Origin: an uncultured Clostridia bacterium
Lineage (GTDB): Bacteria > Bacillota > Clostridia > TANB77 > CAG-508
Reading direction: 5' to 3'
Assembly: GCA_944392665.1 (NCBI GenBank)
Contig: CALXXJ010000004.1
Location: 2,478 to 66,477 of the forward strand
Length of the DNA: 64,000 bases
The number at the start of each line of letters is the position of its first letter. The stretch's first letter is position 1. Below are positions 29,505 to 38,510 of the stretch, one piece after another. The position numbers and the translations under genes were made by a program. The notes below the pieces were generated by a model, which saw only the letters and a program-made list of their open reading frames with translations, was not told the origin of the DNA and searched no databases.

Positions 29505-30410
29505 ATGGAAATATTAAAATGTAGTAATTTAAAAAAACAAATAAAAAACAAAATAATTGTTGAAAATATTTCTTTTTCAATAAACAAGGGTGATATTGTA
29601 GGATTTATTGGGCCTAATGGTGCTGGAAAAACAACCATTATAAAACTGATTTTAGGATTAATGAAATTATCTGAAGGTAAAGTTTTTATCAATGGATTTG
29701 ATATTGAAAAAGATTTTATTAAAGCAATAGAAAAAGTTGGTTCTATTGTTGAAAATCCAGACTTATATATGTACTTATCTGGATATGATAACCTAAAAAT
29801 AATAGCAAATAATTATAAAAATATCTCTAAAGACCGAATACATGAGGTTATTAAAATAGTAGGATTGGAAAACAGAATAAAAGACAAAGTTTCAACCTAT
29901 TCACTAGGAATGAGACAAAGATTAGGAATCGCTGAAGCAATCATTAATGAGCCAGAATTATTAATTTTAGATGAACCAACAAATGGATTAGATGTTGAAG
30001 GTATCATAGAAATACGAAATTTGATTAAAAAATTATCACAACAAGGAATGGCTATTTTAATATCTAGTCATAATTTAACTGAAATCGACAATTTATGTAA
30101 TAGAATTATTGCTATAAAAAATGGAAAAATTATTGCAGATGATACAATTGAAAACTTTACGACTATATCTAATATAAGTTCTTATATATTAGAATTAAAT
30201 TACATTGGTAATCTAGCAAAAATAATTTCTGATTATAAGTTTGAGATTATAAAAGATAATAAAATAAGAGTATATATTTCAAAGGACAAACTTACAGAAC
30301 TAATGCAAAAACTTATAGAAAATAAATATCAAATTTATTCACTGCAAGAAGAAAAATTAACATCTGAGGAAGCCTTTATCAAAAAGGTAGGTGAGAATAA
30401 AATTGATTAA
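29505..30410 (+). CDS. ABC transporter ATP-binding protein (ABC-2/bacitracin-type exporter ATPase)
   Basis: Walker A GPNGAGKTT, signature YSLGMRQRL, Walker B LLILDEPTNGLD. Confidence 0.95.
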   Translation: MEILKCSNLKKQIKNKIIVENISFSINKGDIVGFIGPNGAGKTTIIKLILGLMKLSEGKVFINGFDIEKDFIKAIEKVGSIVENPDLYMYLSGYDNLKIIANNYKNISKDRIHEVIKIVGLENRIKDKVSTYSLGMRQRLGIAEAIINEPELLILDEPTNGLDVEGIIEIRNLIKKLSQQGMAILISSHNLTEIDNLCNRIIAIKNGKIIADDTIENFTTISNISSYILELNYIGNLAKIISDYKFEIIKDNKIRVYISKDKLTELMQKLIENKYQIYSLQEEKLTSEEAFIKKVGENKID

Positions 30411-31899
30411 ATTAATTAAAAGTGAATTAATAAAAATATTTAAAAGGAAAAGTATCTATTTTTTATTATTTCTCTCAATAATAGCAATTATCGTTTACAA
30501 CTATATTAATCCTAATCAAAATGAAATATCTTCTTTTGGTAGTGATACAAAAGATGTTTCTATTACAGGTATGGAAACAGCCTTAGAAAAAATGACGGAC
30601 AATATAGAAGAATACATTAATCAAAGAGTATCAATTGATTTTTATAAATTATACAATACATTTGAAGAAAATTCATGGCAAAGATATGCACTAAAAGAAG
30701 AAAACACTAGTCATATCGTAAATAATGTTTTCACAGATTACAATTTAGATATACAAACTTATTTATATAATATTAATGATTATGAGTATAACCCCCATAC
30801 ACAAATAACATTAGATCTGTATGAAAATTCCAAACTTAAATATAATGAGTATGTAAAAGCTTTAAATTCAAACAACTGGGAAAATTTTGTTAATTTAAAA
30901 ATTAAAAATTTAGAAGAAAGAAAAAATACCGATACACTTTTAGATAAAGAAATTCAAGAAATAAATTTTGAGATAGAACTTTATCTTTTAAGGTTAGATA
31001 ATCATATAAACTTCGACTATAATATGCAAAACCAATATTTAGAGCAATATAAAAGTAATTATTACAGCATACAATTATTTCAATCAAATTCATATGGCGA
31101 ATCACAAACTTTTGTTGATAAAAATATAAATGAATATACAGCTAGAATGCAACTATGTAAATATGCCATAGAAAATAATATTGAATATGATATATCAAAT
31201 GAAAACAATCTAATTTACGATAATAATATTGATGCAAGAATTTCCTTTATAAGAACGTTTGAACACTTTGACTTGATTATCATTATTATTGCTATTTACA
31301 TTTCTTCTACTATCATAACAGAAGAAATTAGTAAAAAAACAATAAAAAATCTATTATCTAAACCACATAAAAGAAGCTCAATTCTGATATCTAAAATATT
31401 CGCTTGTATCTTTACTGTAATTATTTCTATGATTTTTATTGTCATGATTCAGTATTTTGTTGGTGGATTTATTTTTGGATTTGATAGTTATGCCTTAGAT
31501 TATATTGGTTATGATTATATTCATGAACAAGTATTTACTATGAATTTATTTACTTACATCATGTTAGTAGGAATCACAAAAATTCCTATGTATATAATTG
31601 TCATACTATTTTGTATATTCATTGGGACTTTTAATAAAAATATTGCTATGTCCATGATTTTAACTTTAATTGCATTTTTATTCACAAATACAATACTTGT
31701 TGAATGGTCAAAAGTAGAAAGTTTATCAATTGTAACAAGATTTTTTATAACAAATAATTGGGATTTTAGTATCTATTTATTTGGAAACACTTCAAGTATT
31801 AGTGGAATAAATTTATGGCATTCTATGATGATATATCTAATAAATTTCATTTTACTTTTTAAATTAGCTTTAATGAAATTTAATAAAATAGAAGTCTAA
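30403..31899 (+). CDS. ABC-2-type permease with large N-terminal extracytoplasmic domain
   Basis: ORF 30391..31899. The TTG at 30403 aligns with the paralogue start (LIKLIKSELIKIFKRK). One N-terminal TM segment, an about 250-aa loop and five C-terminal TM segments. Confidence 0.8.
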   Translation: MIKLIKSELIKIFKRKSIYFLLFLSIIAIIVYNYINPNQNEISSFGSDTKDVSITGMETALEKMTDNIEEYINQRVSIDFYKLYNTFEENSWQRYALKEENTSHIVNNVFTDYNLDIQTYLYNINDYEYNPHTQITLDLYENSKLKYNEYVKALNSNNWENFVNLKIKNLEERKNTDTLLDKEIQEINFEIELYLLRLDNHINFDYNMQNQYLEQYKSNYYSIQLFQSNSYGESQTFVDKNINEYTARMQLCKYAIENNIEYDISNENNLIYDNNIDARISFIRTFEHFDLIIIIIAIYISSTIITEEISKKTIKNLLSKPHKRSSILISKIFACIFTVIISMIFIVMIQYFVGGFIFGFDSYALDYIGYDYIHEQVFTMNLFTYIMLVGITKIPMYIIVILFCIFIGTFNKNIAMSMILTLIAFLFTNTILVEWSKVESLSIVTRFFITNNWDFSIYLFGNTSSISGINLWHSMMIYLINFILLFKLALMKFNKIEV

Positions 31900-31974
31900 T
31901 CTGACTTCTATTTTATTAAGGTTTCTTTTTTCATATCTACCCTAAATGGCTCATTTCAATTTTCAATTATTCTT

Positions 31975-33102
31975 TTATGATTGGACTTGTTCAGCTTCAT
32001 TTGATAAAATTCCTGTTTCCATAGCTAATTTTTGCATACTCTTATTTTTTCTAAAAGCATTTTCAATAGATTGCTTATTTTCTTCATAATATTTTAAAAC
32101 TTGTTCTCGAGTGTTAAATCTAAGAATTTTATATTGTTTATCTGCTTGTCCTATTCCTTTTGATAAACTATATATTTCTTCCAAATTGATAGGCATATAT
32201 GTTGTTTCTTGTGTCTTCTCTCCATTTTTTCTATGCACAGTCTCCTCTTCTGCCACAAATGGAAATTCAGCATCTCTAGTAGCTTTTGTACAAGTATATT
32301 CGTCTTCAAAATCTCTTATAAATTGACCTTCTACTTCTATTCCTTCTTCATTAATCATCACGCTATCATCTCTCCAAAAATGTTCTCCTCCCTTTGGCAA
32401 TCCATGACTATTCATATCTTCTTTGATAACATTATCTTTGCTATCCAAGGAATATTTGGTTTCTTGATATGTATCACATGCTGGATCTATTGCTGAAATT
32501 CTAAGAGATCCTATTGTAAAATCTCCCGTTTTTTCATCTACTCGTAAGTCAATTTTTTCAACGTTTTTGTTAATGTCATCAAAATTATACAAATCACTAT
32601 GTTCAGCTGCATTTTTATATTCTGCTTGTCTTATTCCTATATTTTTCCCATATTCTTCCATTCGTTTTGTGCTATCTAAAATCATATTATTGCTATCAGT
32701 AAGAAAATCTAATTTCCATATCATTCCTTCTACATCAGACTCTTTAATTTGTTTTTCTCCCATTTCTAATTTATTATATATATCTTCTACGCCTTGTTGT
32801 TTAACTAATCTTTGCATAAGAAGATCTAGTGTATGTCCATTGCTCATATCTCGTCTTACTGTTGGATTTTTTAAAATTTTTTCATTAACACCTAAAGCCC
32901 TTAAAATACTAAAATTTATATTTTCTCCTTGATATCTTCTAGGATCTAATAAATTCTTTTCATCAAATATTATTTCTTCCATGAATTCAGACTTTCTCTG
33001 TTCAAAATTTTTTCCAGTTAATGTTTCTGATTCTCCATTATTTATTTCTGTTATATGTTCTGGTTGCTTTTGTTTTCCTAATTTGCTTTGGAATATACTC
33101 AT
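31975..33102 (-). CDS. Hypothetical 375-aa soluble acidic protein
   Basis: Long ORF with AAGGGGAATGAAAC before the ATG. No motif recognised. Confidence 0.6.
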   Translation of the reverse strand: MSIFQSKLGKQKQPEHITEINNGESETLTGKNFEQRKSEFMEEIIFDEKNLLDPRRYQGENINFSILRALGVNEKILKNPTVRRDMSNGHTLDLLMQRLVKQQGVEDIYNKLEMGEKQIKESDVEGMIWKLDFLTDSNNMILDSTKRMEEYGKNIGIRQAEYKNAAEHSDLYNFDDINKNVEKIDLRVDEKTGDFTIGSLRISAIDPACDTYQETKYSLDSKDNVIKEDMNSHGLPKGGEHFWRDDSVMINEEGIEVEGQFIRDFEDEYTCTKATRDAEFPFVAEEETVHRKNGEKTQETTYMPINLEEIYSLSKGIGQADKQYKILRFNTREQVLKYYEENKQSIENAFRKNKSMQKLAMETGILSNEAEQVQS

Positions 33103-33185
33103 GTTTCATTCCCCTTATTTTTTACATTTCGATACATGATACTTTATATAAACTTTTCAATAACAATTTTATCATATTTTTTATT

Positions 33186-33656
33186 TTAATAAATAATCCC
33201 ATCTGTTTCTTTATACTTTTTAAATACCTCTAAACATTCATCTCTATCCATTTTTTTCAAATCAATCAAATTAGATTTATTTCCTTTTAAATAATCATAA
33301 ATCATATCATCTCGAAAACCAATTTCTCCAGCATCTTCTTTTGTGCAACCATAGTACACTTCTTTTATATTTGCCCAAATAATTGCTGATAAACACATTG
33401 GACATGGTTCACAAGATGTATATAATATGTAATCTGATAAATCATATGTATTTAATTTTTTACATGCTTCTCTAATCGCAACAATTTCTGCATGTGCTGT
33501 TGGGTCATTGTTCTTTATTACTTGGTTGTTTCCATTTGAAATAATATTTCCTTCTTTATCTATAATAACTGCACCAAAGGGTCCTCCTTCTCCCCTATTT
33601 ATTCCCTTTTCTGCATTTTGTTTTGCTAATTCCATATATCTATTCATATTCCTCAA
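33186..33656 (-). CDS. guaD: Guanine deaminase (CDA-fold, GuaD-type)
   Basis: GGPFGAVIIDKEGNIISNGNNQVIKNNDPTAHAEIVAIREACKKL..LYTSCEPCPMCLSAIIWA is closely colinear with B. subtilis GuaD as I remember it, and the same length (156 aa). Confidence 0.8.
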   Translation of the reverse strand: MRNMNRYMELAKQNAEKGINRGEGGPFGAVIIDKEGNIISNGNNQVIKNNDPTAHAEIVAIREACKKLNTYDLSDYILYTSCEPCPMCLSAIIWANIKEVYYGCTKEDAGEIGFRDDMIYDYLKGNKSNLIDLKKMDRDECLEVFKKYKETDGIIY

Positions 33657-33847
33657 TCCTCTCTTTATTACATTATATACTCATATGTTTTTCTACATTC
33701 TCATTGTAATATAATTTTCCAATTTCGTAAATAGATTCATAAAACATTTAGTAACATTATTCTTGATTTCTTTTTGTTCTTTGCCTAAGTGATTGTCATG
33801 ATTTTCATTTTATTCTCATATATTTTTATGAGGTGTTTTGATTGATT

Positions 33848-34900
33848 ATGAAATCGATACATATAAAAAAGAATTGTATCATATGTATATCTCTACTAAT
33901 ATTAGTTGTCTTTCTATCTTCCACTCTCATTTTTTATTTGGGACAAAAACATTTACAATCAATTGAGGTAAATTCTGATAGTGAAGATGATTATATAAAA
34001 TGGGTAGATTTTACCGTTCCTTGTAATGTTTTAAAACTAACTTCTGAATTAGACATCAATTCTCATAATAACAATGAAGAGATTACCTATAATTGGATTG
34101 AATTATTGGCCTATTTGGCATGTATTTATGGTGGGAATTTTAAAAACTTTAAATCAAGTGATTTAAACAAAATTGTAGAAAATTTAAAAAATGGCAGAAC
34201 AATGGAAGAACTCACATCTACTTTAACTTTTTATGACTATTATTTAGAAGCTTATTCTGCAGTTTTAAGCGGATTTCTAGGTAATTATACCATTGAAACA
34301 ATCAATGAAAATAATGAGAAAGTTTTTGAAAAAAAGTATGGTTTAAAAGCTTTTTCACCAATTGCCAAAAATTATTATTTTACACATTACAAAGATTTTG
34401 GAAATTCTAGATCTTACGGATTTAAAAGAACCCATTTAGGAAATGATTTAATGGGTAGTATTGGAACTCCTATCATAGCAGTAGAATCTGGCATTGTTGA
34501 ACAACTTGGTTGGAATCAATATGGTGGCTGGCGTGTTGGTATTAGAAGTTTTGATGGGAAACGATATTACTATTATGCTCATTTACGAAAAGACCACCCT
34601 TATGTAGAAGGACTAGAAAAAGGAGATACTATAAAAGCTGGTGATGTTATTGGATATTTAGGCATGACAGGATATAGCATAAAGGAAAATGTAAATAATA
34701 TAAATGTTGCCCATTTACATTTTGGTATGCAACTTATCTTTGATGAATCACAAGTAGATAGTCCGAATGAGATTTGGATAGATGTTTATGAAATCATTGA
34801 ATTTTTAAAAACAAATACATCAGAAGTTTATCTTTCAAATGAAGAAACCAAAGACTATTCTAGAAAATATGATTTAATGGAAGAATTTTTAACAGAGTAA
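33848..34900 (+). CDS. M23-family (LytM-type) peptidoglycan endopeptidase, membrane anchored
   Basis: N-terminal TM segment. HLGNDLMGSIGTPIIAVESGIV.. and ..GMTGYS..VAHLHFGMQ (HxxxD / HxH metal ligands). Confidence 0.8.
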   Translation: MKSIHIKKNCIICISLLILVVFLSSTLIFYLGQKHLQSIEVNSDSEDDYIKWVDFTVPCNVLKLTSELDINSHNNNEEITYNWIELLAYLACIYGGNFKNFKSSDLNKIVENLKNGRTMEELTSTLTFYDYYLEAYSAVLSGFLGNYTIETINENNEKVFEKKYGLKAFSPIAKNYYFTHYKDFGNSRSYGFKRTHLGNDLMGSIGTPIIAVESGIVEQLGWNQYGGWRVGIRSFDGKRYYYYAHLRKDHPYVEGLEKGDTIKAGDVIGYLGMTGYSIKENVNNINVAHLHFGMQLIFDESQVDSPNEIWIDVYEIIEFLKTNTSEVYLSNEETKDYSRKYDLMEEFLTE

Positions 34901-35051
34901 TGTCCAATTGGGGACGTTTCTGTTTGGGACATTTTCACTTTGTCTTATTTTTTAATAATGGGTTTCATAAAATATGAATAGATTTTTTTCGATTTATATA
35001 TAAAATTTAATTAAAAATGTCCAAACGGAAACGTCCCCAATTGGACACTTT
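34901..35051. repeat. 151-bp intergenic element: two inverted type-1 GGGAC-word repeats filling the gap between convergent genes
   Basis: 34901-34935 TGTCCAATTGGGGACGTTTCTGTTTGGGACATTTT. Reverse complement of 35014-35047 is TGTCCAATTGGGGACGTTTCCGTTTGGACATTTT. The element starts 1 nt after one stop codon and ends 1 nt before the other. Confidence 0.85.
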
Positions 35052-36233
35052 TTACTTTCCTAATTTTACAACAATTTCTCTTTTTATTTTTCCTCTATTA
35101 ATTTTTAATGTAACTTCATCATTTGGTTTCTTAGTATAAATGTATTCTCTTAGGTCATTCATCGTTTCTAGTTCTACATCATCTATTTGTGTAATGATAT
35201 CCCCTTCTTTTATTCCTGCGGTATCTGACGGTCCATTTTTCGTTACTTCTGTTACATAAATTCCTTCTTGAAAACTAGTACTAGTTCCTGTTTCTAAATA
35301 TGGTATCACTTCTGTATCATAGGCATATATCCCAATTTTAGCTTCTTGAAAATCTCCTGTGTTTTGATAACTTTCAATAATTGGTTTTACAATATTAATC
35401 GGAATCGCAAAACCAATTCCTTCTGCTGAAGATATTTTAACTGTATTAATTCCAATCACTTGTCCATTTGGATAAATTAGTGGTCCTCCACTGTTCCCTG
35501 GATTTATTGTTGCATCTGTTTGTATCAAATCTGTCATATAAGATACATTTTCCTCTTCTTCTATTTTGATTGTCCTATTTTTTGCACTGATAATTCCTGA
35601 AGTAACGGTTCTTCTAAATTCAAAACCAATTGGATTTCCAATGGCATACACAGTTTCTCCTATTTTGATATTATCTGAATCTGCAAATGTAACATATTTT
35701 AAATTATTTGCTTCTATTTTTACAATAGATAAATCAATATTTGAATCACTCCATACAACTGTCCCACTATAATTGTTTCCATTTTCTAATGTCACATAAC
35801 ATTTACTATATTTACTTCCTGTGACATGTTCATTACTTAAAATATACCCATTTTCTGTGACAATCACGCCTGTTCCTAATCCTAATTGACTTTCTGTACT
35901 ATTCGAGAAAATAGATGTCCCTGCATTTTTTAATTTTGAAATTCCTACAACACTTTCGACTGTTTCTTCAATAACATCTGACACGTTTTTACTTTCTTCT
36001 TCTACTTTTTCCACAGTTTGTTCCTCTATTGTGGATTGTGTCCTTTCTGCGGTATAATTTGAGTCATAAATTTCTATATTATTATATGTAACATATATAT
36101 AAAATCCTAATAACCATATGATTAATAAAATAATAGTTGTAACAATAATTTTTTTACCCGTACTTTTTTTGTTGGCTCTTCTCAATAAAATCACCTCAAA
36201 AATAGTATTCACAATATTTTCAATTTTAGTCAT
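35052..36233 (-). CDS. htrA: HtrA/DegP-family serine protease with one PDZ domain
   Basis: TM anchor. ..GYILSNEHV.., ..SDSNIDLSIVKIE.., GNSGGPL catalytic Ser. C-terminal PDZ (..GIYVTEVTKNGPSDTAGIKEGDIIT..). Confidence 0.9.
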   Translation of the reverse strand: MTKIENIVNTIFEVILLRRANKKSTGKKIIVTTIILLIIWLLGFYIYVTYNNIEIYDSNYTAERTQSTIEEQTVEKVEEESKNVSDVIEETVESVVGISKLKNAGTSIFSNSTESQLGLGTGVIVTENGYILSNEHVTGSKYSKCYVTLENGNNYSGTVVWSDSNIDLSIVKIEANNLKYVTFADSDNIKIGETVYAIGNPIGFEFRRTVTSGIISAKNRTIKIEEEENVSYMTDLIQTDATINPGNSGGPLIYPNGQVIGINTVKISSAEGIGFAIPINIVKPIIESYQNTGDFQEAKIGIYAYDTEVIPYLETGTSTSFQEGIYVTEVTKNGPSDTAGIKEGDIITQIDDVELETMNDLREYIYTKKPNDEVTLKINRGKIKREIVVKLGK

Positions 36234-36342
36234 TGAATCGTTAAAGAGTTGTCAAAAGGGACAGGTCTGACTTAATTCAAACCTGTCCCTTTTGTCCAAA
36301 AATTGTCCATTTTAACACGTCCCCAAAATCCCTTTTTCACTC
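36234..36342 (-). repeat. Type-2 GGGAC-word repeat with internal hairpin, between the acyl-CoA ligase stop and the htrA start
   Basis: Minus strand: GGGGACGTGTTAAAATGGACAATTTTTGGACAAAAGGGACAGGT-loop-ACCTGTCCCTTTTG. Hairpin at 36255-36293. Confidence 0.75.
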
Positions 36343-38070
36343 TTAAACTCTTTTTAATTCCTCATAACGTTTTACTTTTTGTGTTGTTGTTTTAATCAAA
36401 GGTTCTGTTGTTATGGTGATTTGTTTTATATGTTTAAATACTGGCAATTGCTTATTAATCTCTTTTATTTCTTTCCAAATGCTATCTTTGTATTCTTTTT
36501 CTGTCTTTTCTCCTAACTTTTCCTTTATAATATCTTTATCATATACAATTTTAGCACATAACATGGTATCTGTTTTATCTTTTTCTCTTTGATAAACTAA
36601 GGATTCTGTTACATAAGGAAGTTTGTTAATCAAAAACTCGATTTCTTGTGGATACACATTTTTTCCATTCCTTAAAACAATAATATCTTTTTTTCTACCT
36701 GTTACATAGATAAATCCATCTTCTGTTATGTATCCATAATCTCCTGTTCTAAACCACCCGTCAACAAATGCTTTCTTATTTTCTTCCTCATTATGATAAT
36801 ATCCCATCATAACACTTGGACCTTTTACTAAAATTTCTCCTTCGCCATTTTCATCTGGGTTTTCTATTTTTACATTTAGACTAGGTAAGGCTAATCCTAC
36901 GGAACCCGGTCTTTTTTCCTTATCTGACTCTGCAGCAATAACTGGTGATGTTTCTGTCAAACCATATCCTTGTACTAGTGCAATTCCAAAATTATTGAAT
37001 CCTACAATTGTTTCTTTATCCATAGGAGCTGAACCATATAATACTAAACGAATATTTCCACCTAAATTATTTAAGATTTGTTTAAAAATAACTTTTCTTA
37101 AATCTATTTTACATTTCAAAAGTCCATTCGATAATTTTATCATTATATTGATTAATTTATCTTTTCCTTGATCATGAATCGCCTTTTGAATCTTTTTGTA
37201 CATAGTTTCCAACACGAGCGGAACTGCTACAAATACAGAAACTCTATATTCTGCCAGATTTTTTTGAATATATTTTAATCCATCACAAAAGGCTACTGTA
37301 CATCCACTATAAAATCCATAAAGAAATGTTACCGTACATTCAAATGTATGATGAATTGGTAAAAAAGAAAGTAATGTATCTGTTGGATATAGCTTTACCC
37401 ATGAAGCAAAATCTGATAAATTAGCACATATATTTTTTTGAGATAGCATAACGGCTTTTGGAAGATTTGTCGTTCCTGATGTAAATAACATGATGGACAT
37501 TTTTTCAGGATTAATTTCTACTTTCTCATAACGGTCATCTCCATTTTTTACTAGTTCTTCACCTTTTTTCATTAATTGTGAAAATTTTTCTACTTTGTTG
37601 TCTTTTATATCATCCATACAAACTAGCATTTTTAGATTTACATTTGTATCTTTCTTTAGTTTTTTCATGACTTCTACATATTTTTTATCAAATATAGCAA
37701 CTTCTGCCTCACTTCTTGTTACTAAATTTTCTATCTCATTGTCTGGAAGCGCTTTATCTAATGGAACAATAATCATATTTCCACTTGTAACTGCTAAATA
37801 ACTAATACACCACTCGTATCGATTATTTCCTATAAGCACAATTTTCCTACCTTCTAATCCTTTATTTAATAATTCTGTTGAAAAGGCTTTTATGTCTTTT
37901 CCTACTTGTTCATATGTCTTCTCTACATATTCTACATGTTTTAAATCTCCGTTTTTCTTATACTTATAGGCTACTTTATCTGCATAATTTTTAACAGAAT
38001 ATTCTATCATCTCCCTATAATTTTTTACAATTCTTGGCTCATACACCTTTCTATTTTCATTATCTCCCAT
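36343..38070 (-). CDS. AMP-dependent long-chain fatty acid-CoA ligase (FadD-like)
   Basis: 575 aa. IMLFTSGTTNLPKAVMLS (AMP-binding core), GYGLTETS, FRTGDYGYITEDGFIYVTGRKKDIIVLRNGKNVYPQEIE. Confidence 0.85.
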   Translation of the reverse strand: MGDNENRKVYEPRIVKNYREMIEYSVKNYADKVAYKYKKNGDLKHVEYVEKTYEQVGKDIKAFSTELLNKGLEGRKIVLIGNNRYEWCISYLAVTSGNMIIVPLDKALPDNEIENLVTRSEAEVAIFDKKYVEVMKKLKKDTNVNLKMLVCMDDIKDNKVEKFSQLMKKGEELVKNGDDRYEKVEINPEKMSIMLFTSGTTNLPKAVMLSQKNICANLSDFASWVKLYPTDTLLSFLPIHHTFECTVTFLYGFYSGCTVAFCDGLKYIQKNLAEYRVSVFVAVPLVLETMYKKIQKAIHDQGKDKLINIMIKLSNGLLKCKIDLRKVIFKQILNNLGGNIRLVLYGSAPMDKETIVGFNNFGIALVQGYGLTETSPVIAAESDKEKRPGSVGLALPSLNVKIENPDENGEGEILVKGPSVMMGYYHNEEENKKAFVDGWFRTGDYGYITEDGFIYVTGRKKDIIVLRNGKNVYPQEIEFLINKLPYVTESLVYQREKDKTDTMLCAKIVYDKDIIKEKLGEKTEKEYKDSIWKEIKEINKQLPVFKHIKQITITTEPLIKTTTQKVKRYEELKRV

Positions 38071-38138
38071 ACGCTCCCTCCTTTTTTCTTCATTGTATCG
38101 TTATTCTTTTTATTTTTCAAGACATGACAATATTTAAA

Positions 38139-38358
38139 TTTTGAAATTTTTACAAGCAAGGTGGTATGTATTATTTTTTGAATTCATTGACGAATGTGCC
38201 GTGGAATAATTGTATAAATTCTTAGTTTTAAATAAATGAGGAAGCGCGAGCAGCGAGAGGCTCGTTTATTTGAAACTTAGAAGTTATAAATTATGTAACA
38301 AGCCGAGGAAATAATTCAAAAAATAATACATACCACCTTGCTTGTAAAAATTTCAAAA
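38139..38358. repeat. 220-bp palindromic element with perfect 46-bp terminal inverted repeats (MITE-like or long hairpin)
   Basis: 38139-38184 TTTTGAAATTTTTACAAGCAAGGTGGTATGTATTATTTTTTGAATT is the exact reverse complement of 38313-38358. Inner arms pair imperfectly around a GC-rich core GAGGAAGCGCGAGCAGCGAGAGGCTC. Confidence 0.85.
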
Positions 38359-38443
38359 CTAAAAAGGTAACATCATTTTCTATCTCATCGTTTTACTTTG
38401 TAACAAATTATCTAATATGACGACAATATTTTACAATATTTAG

Positions 38444-38472
38444 TTGATTTTTTTAAAATGGAATTATATAAT
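38444..38472 (+). promoter_or_regulatory. Sigma-A promoter of the NRPS gene
   Basis: TTGATT (38444-38449), 17 nt, TATAAT (38467-38472). GGAGGA at 38501-38506, ATG at 38511. Confidence 0.7.
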
Positions 38473-38510
38473 TGAGCATGATGAATGTATTTAAAATCGC
38501 GGAGGACAAA

